A stretch of DNA of 64,000 nt from Longimicrobiales bacterium. GTDB lineage: Bacteria > Gemmatimonadota > Gemmatimonadetes > Longimicrobiales > Gaopeijiaceae. Shown piece after piece: positions 60,401 to 64,000 of this stretch (the stretch's first letter is position 1; each line of letters begins with the position of its first letter). The notes beneath the pieces are model-generated. The model saw only the letters and a program-made list of their open reading frames with translations, was not told the DNA's origin and ran no database searches. A program made the position numbers and the translations under genes. Where the stretch lies: positions 1,120,001 to 1,184,000 of the forward strand of contig OZ241892.1 of the NCBI GenBank assembly GCA_965203485.1, read 5' to 3'.

Positions 60401-60823
60401 GCCGTCGGCGTTCTCCACGCAGTACAACTTGCCGTACAGGAAGTTGGCCTTGCGCACGGTGCGCACCTCCACCTTCTCCTTGATCCACTGCGCGCACGCG
60501 CGAGCGAGGGGCTTCTGCGTCAGCGCGCGACGCAACTCCAGGGCGCCGTCGCGAGTGAGCCGGTAGGCTTTGTCTTCGCCCTCCGCCGGGTCCACCGAGG
60601 CCGCGCCCTCCGGCTGGCCGTAGAGGAAGCGAAGCCGTCGGAGCCCCTCCAGCTCGGTCCGAAGATCTCCGTAGGCGTAGATCGTGAAGTAGGCCGACAC
60701 GACGGAGAGCGTAGCGTCGGCTCGGAGGCGAGCCCCAAGGAACTTGCCCACGGTGCGGGCGCGGTTGTCCACGATGGCGTTCCTGTCGCGAACGGCCGCG
60801 GGCGGCCGCGGCTCCGTGCTCAT
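57482..60823 (-). CDS. PLD-like-domain SNF2-family helicase (DrmD-like), 1113 aa
   Basis: PLD-like SAYF...LYGKLY...GSSNFT...N.ELN; helicase LADSVGLGKT, IDESHNFRN, LSATP, ATDCLSEGQNLQ, WNPVRLMQRFGRIDRIG; start taken at ATG 60823. Confidence 0.9.
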   Translation of the reverse strand: MSTEPRPPAAVRDRNAIVDNRARTVGKFLGARLRADATLSVVSAYFTIYAYGDLRTELEGLRRLRFLYGQPEGAASVDPAEGEDKAYRLTRDGALELRRALTQKPLARACAQWIKEKVEVRTVRKANFLYGKLYCVENADGDTAALAGSSNFTRGGLGFGANPNIELNIEVRDGADRARLLEWFDALWCDEQLTRDAKEQVLAALERLGKDYSPEFLYYKTLFHVLKDRIDERGQRDGLVQDVQLHDTAVWQALYRFQRDGAVSAINRLLDHNGCILADSVGLGKTWTALAVAKFFEMRNERVLVLCPKKLKENWVRYTSWAGYDNNPLVEDRFGYTVLAHTDLSRYHGKSDAIDLAKFNWSAFDLIVIDESHNFRNEGRDRKDEAGRVVRRSRYNRLLEEVLRGGVHTKVLMLSATPVNTGLRDLRNQIYLMTEKRQDAFRESLGIGSVQSLFGVAQKAFQKWENDCKATGHRDKTQLLEQLGADFLALLDAVSIARSRDHVRRFYPEVETRIGGFPERAKPVNLHPPTDSAGELSYDALHGRISDFRLAVYMPSQYVRDTSALDAEKERLHFDQRDRERWLIGMMRVNLLKRLESSVHSFTRTMERIVAKMDALDERIDAWIEKPGNQQINLLASDDEDDRGDEEDEEFTLGRGRRYRLADLDLQAWKEDLKADRRSFGTILRQVVRVDVARDAKLAELKRTLADKVAEAPADKDGRANRKALVFTTFSDTAHYLYRNVAEWARAELGVHVGLVTGSGDNRATIGSPSFAGILARFAPVAQLIPRPAEEIDILIATDCLSEGQNLQDCDLVVNYDVHWNPVRLMQRFGRIDRIGSRNHQVAMANFWPTGDLDRYLDLKNRVEARMALVDAAATGTDDPLAPKTNGAEEAVRHELSFRDRQLRRLREESLDLEEVEDGISMSDFTLDDFLVDLLNYLQENREALESAPFGIQAVVPPVPGGGAGESGEAAPARVRPGAIFCLKQKDGERRTPNRLQPYFLAYVRDDGSVRYAFKQAKQTLTLFSALARGRAEALTELASAFDRETRHGRDVAKYDRMIRACIRSVESTYRQAEIGSFVGRRETSLAARSRRPAAGADFELVTWLVIMENPNQ

Positions 60824-60972
60824 CGGACCGACACTAACCGGTCGGGCCAGTGGAGAGTCGGCGCCGACAACTTGCCTGACCGCCAAGGCGGCCAACGTGA
60901 AGAAGCGATCGCGATGCCGCGATGGCGTCGCCGAAGTCGGTCCCCGCCTTCACCGGTTTCCTCTGCTGTTGC

Positions 60973-63564
60973 CTATCCCTTGGGCCTCTCCACCTGCAAC
61001 TCTGCGATGTCGGCGCTCCAGCGCTCGTCGCCGAGCAGGTGCTTGACGAAGTACTCGGCGCGTAGCCAGTACCAGTAGTCGCTCATGTCGCCGAAGCCGT
61101 GGCGCTGGCCGGGAAACACGAAGAAGTCGAAGCGCTTGTTGGCGCGAATGAGCGCCTCCGCCATGCGGAAGGTGCCCGCGTGATGGACGTTGTTGTCGAC
61201 GTCTCCCGTGGTCAGCAGAAGGCGGCCCTTCAAGTTGGCGGCCAAGTCCGAGTTGCGGTCGATGTCGTACTCGAAGCCGGTCACGACCCCCGCCGAATCC
61301 CTCACCTCCTTCACGCCGTCGTGCTTCTCGGACCAGTTGAGGTTGTACACGTCGTTGTCGTGGTTGCCGGCCGACGACACGGCTACCTTGAAGAAGTCGG
61401 GATAGACGAGCATCGCGGCGGTGGACATGAAGCCGCCGCCCGAATGACCGTAGATGCCGACCCGGCCCGCGTCGATGAAGTCGTGGCGGGCGGCGAGTTG
61501 CTCGATCGCTGCCTTCTTGTCCGCCAGTCCGTAGTCCCGAAGGTTGCCGTAGCCGTAGTTGTGGTACCACTTGGAGCGGTCGGGGTGCCCGCCCCGGTTG
61601 CCGACGGTGATGACGACGAAGCCGAACTGCGCCAGGCCCTGCTCGTACGGATTGAGCGAAAACGACTTGGCCACCGATTCCGTCTGCGGCCCGGGATAGA
61701 CGTAGGCGACGATAGGATAGGTCTTTTCGGCGTCGAAGTCGTAGGGGCGGTACATGACGCCGTGCAAGTCGGTCACGCCGTCGGCGGACTTGACGGCGTA
61801 GCGTTCGGGGAACTCGTAGCCCGCCGCCCGCAGCCGCGACAGATCCGCTTCCTCCAGATCCATGATCTTGCGTCCGCGCGCATCGTGGAGCGCCGAGGCG
61901 GGTCCCGCGTCCACGCGGGAGTAGTTGTCCACGAAGTAGCGCGCCGACTCGGCCGCCGAACTCTGGTGGTCGTAGTTGCCGGGGTTGAGCAGGGCGAGCC
62001 CCGACCCGTCCAGCCCCACTCGGTAGGCGTGCATGTAGTACGGGTCCTCGCCGGCTTCTCGGCCGTTGGCGCGGAAGAGCAGATAGCCGCCTTCCTCGTT
62101 CACGCCGACGACCGCATCCACGTGCCACGGTCCTTCGGTCAGCCGCGTTCGCACGGTCCCGTCCGGCGCGTAGCGGTACAAGTGGGCCCATCCGTCGCGC
62201 TCCGACCACCAGACCAGGTCGCCGTTCGCGAGCCTGCGCGGGGTCTGATGCTCCACATAGGTGTTAAGCCGCTCTTCGATCACCACCGTGGTCTCGCCCG
62301 TGGCGGGGTTCGCCCTGATCACGTCCACCCGGTGCTGGTTCCTGCTGCGCCGCCAAAAGTAGAGTTCGTCGGGACGGTCCGAGAGCCATTTGGCGACGGG
62401 GACTTCGTCCGGATCACGGCGGAAGCCCGAAGGCTCCACGAACACGCCCATCCTCTGGTCCTTCCACGGTTCGTCGTCGATCCGGCTCGCCTCTCTGGAC
62501 TCCATGTCGAAGACCCAAAGGCTGCTCTGCGTAACCGTCTCCTCGCCGGGCATGTCGTACTTGTAGGTCTCGAGCTGCGGACGCTTGTTGCCCACGGCGT
62601 GGACGACCCACAGCTCGCCGACTTCGCGCCGGTCCTGTCGCGTCAGCGCGAAATAGCGCGAGTCGTGCGACCACGCGACGCCTGGTCTCTGGCGCTTGCC
62701 GAACTCTTCCTCGGTCTCTTCGTCGTGGCGCCCGCGACCCTGAAAGCCGTAGCTGAAGTCCTTCTCGCCGTCGGTCGTCAGCTGGACCTCCTCGACCTCG
62801 GCGTCCTCTTCGGCGTCCTCCGCGTCGTCCCCCGACTTGCCTCTGCGCGCCTCGAGGATCTTCTCGTACTCCTCGTAGCTCATCATCCACAGATTGAACT
62901 CCCTGCTGAACACGACCCATGCCGTGTCCGGCGAGACGCTGGCCCATCCCGGATGGTTGTCGGGGGCCTCGTAGTCCTCCAACTCGCGAAGCGCGCGAGT
63001 CGCGACGTCGTACTCGAAGTGGTGAACCTTCTTGCGGGTGCGCGGCCGCTCTTGCTCTTCTTCCTGCTGGTCCTCCTCGTCCTCGATTTGCTCGTCGTCG
63101 CCCTCCTCCTCGTCGATCTCCTCGTCCTGCGACGACGTCACGTCGAACTGAATCGTGTTGTCGTCCGTGAAGCGGATGGACTGGATGGGCAAGTGCTTGC
63201 CGTCCCAGGGATCGAGCGTGATGCGGGTCAGCTCGGCCGCGATGCGGTCGTTGTCGAAGATCTCGGTCTTGGTTCCGCGCGCCGGATCCACGAGGAAGAA
63301 GCGCTTTCCCTCGGACGTCTCCCATTCGTACCAGAAGTGGTCCGAGCGCTTGATCCAACGCGGCGCGACGCGCAAGGAGTGGACCATTTCGCGGATCTTG
63401 TACGGCGCGAAGCGGGCGGCCATCTCGTAGTTCGCTGATCCCTCCGCTTCCTGGGCGAGCGCGGCGCGACCCGTCGGCAACCCGAACACGGCGGCGAAGA
63501 GAGCGGCTGACAGAACGCGGCAGGGGCGGACGCCTCTGCGCGCTGGACGGGTGGTGAACGTCAT
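60973..63564 (-). CDS. S9 family (DPP IV-like) serine peptidase, secreted
   Basis: Signal peptide ...GRAALA-QEA; beta-propeller WSERDGWAHLY; catalytic GHSGGG, GDVDNNVH, FPGQRHG; AGGAG before ATG 63564. Confidence 0.93.
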   Translation of the reverse strand: MTFTTRPARRGVRPCRVLSAALFAAVFGLPTGRAALAQEAEGSANYEMAARFAPYKIREMVHSLRVAPRWIKRSDHFWYEWETSEGKRFFLVDPARGTKTEIFDNDRIAAELTRITLDPWDGKHLPIQSIRFTDDNTIQFDVTSSQDEEIDEEEGDDEQIEDEEDQQEEEQERPRTRKKVHHFEYDVATRALRELEDYEAPDNHPGWASVSPDTAWVVFSREFNLWMMSYEEYEKILEARRGKSGDDAEDAEEDAEVEEVQLTTDGEKDFSYGFQGRGRHDEETEEEFGKRQRPGVAWSHDSRYFALTRQDRREVGELWVVHAVGNKRPQLETYKYDMPGEETVTQSSLWVFDMESREASRIDDEPWKDQRMGVFVEPSGFRRDPDEVPVAKWLSDRPDELYFWRRSRNQHRVDVIRANPATGETTVVIEERLNTYVEHQTPRRLANGDLVWWSERDGWAHLYRYAPDGTVRTRLTEGPWHVDAVVGVNEEGGYLLFRANGREAGEDPYYMHAYRVGLDGSGLALLNPGNYDHQSSAAESARYFVDNYSRVDAGPASALHDARGRKIMDLEEADLSRLRAAGYEFPERYAVKSADGVTDLHGVMYRPYDFDAEKTYPIVAYVYPGPQTESVAKSFSLNPYEQGLAQFGFVVITVGNRGGHPDRSKWYHNYGYGNLRDYGLADKKAAIEQLAARHDFIDAGRVGIYGHSGGGFMSTAAMLVYPDFFKVAVSSAGNHDNDVYNLNWSEKHDGVKEVRDSAGVVTGFEYDIDRNSDLAANLKGRLLLTTGDVDNNVHHAGTFRMAEALIRANKRFDFFVFPGQRHGFGDMSDYWYWLRAEYFVKHLLGDERWSADIAELQVERPKG

Positions 63565-64000
63565 CCGGCGGCTCCTGCGGGCAAGAGATAAGGGGATGGT
63601 TGGCATTGGGAGCCCCTGTTCCTGGGCGCCGCCAGCGATTGTAGCCCATGCACCGAGGTGCCGCCACCGACCCTGTGCTCCGGAGCCGGCGCACGGGCCG
63701 TTCCGCCGAGTGGGCGCCCGCCCCGGCCGGGCTTGCGTCCGGCGGGGTCCGACCGGGGCACGGAGCGCCGCGTCGCCCGCGGGGATCGTCGCCGCCTTTC
63801 GCGGTCGCGGCAGGCGCCGCAGGGACGACGTCCGGCGCCGGGCGTATTCTGGGCGCGCCCATCCGGCCATGTAGCCGCCCCCCGATCCGCGCGTACTTCC
63901 CCACGCGATGCTTCATCCCCGCTCTTCGCCCGCCGCCACGGACCGCGCAGCGCCGCCGCTTCCTCCGGGCGCGGCCCCGGTTCGGCCCTCCATCGCCGCC

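Noticed and set aside
47990..60970. att sites or an integrase bounding the defence island
   Set aside because: No convincing flanking direct repeat, tRNA or recombinase was seen by eye.
63607..64000. Possible gene or ncRNA at the window end
   Set aside because: No recognisable motif or structure; needs the adjacent window.

Overview
This is a very GC-rich bacterial chromosome segment. Gene order and protein families suggest Gemmatimonadota, possibly a host- or sponge-associated lineage (inference). Positions 1-2.5 kb hold a small accessory pair: an AAA/DUF4143-type ATPase and a Fic-family protein with a broken active-site motif. Positions 2.8-48 kb are mostly housekeeping: icd, pepA, a plug/beta-barrel protein, yicC-gmk-rpoZ-coaBC-udg-dnaB-ispD-(tsaC::LMW-phosphatase fusion)-aroE-comF-gap-pgk-tpiA, a minus-strand secG-E1alpha-E1beta-E2-lipB block, carA-HU-moaD-moaE-moaA-mdh-FKBP, dcd, and a complete nuoA-N operon preceded by a sigma70-like promoter and a near-perfect Rex operator. 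Positions 48-60.9 kb are a more A+T-rich defence island. It holds an HTH-Mrr gene split by an intact IS5-family element, and a minus-strand operon of a PLD-SNF2 helicase followed by two tandem ~1160-1210 aa adenine methyltransferases. The two MTases are near-identical for 2,361 bp up to the NPPY motif and then carry strongly divergent C-terminal specificity regions. Both nucleases of the island look disabled (PLD HxK His->Tyr; Mrr interrupted by the IS). An S9/DPP-IV peptidase closes the window. No rRNA, tRNA or CRISPR array was seen. All calls come from reading motifs by eye; no database searches were run.
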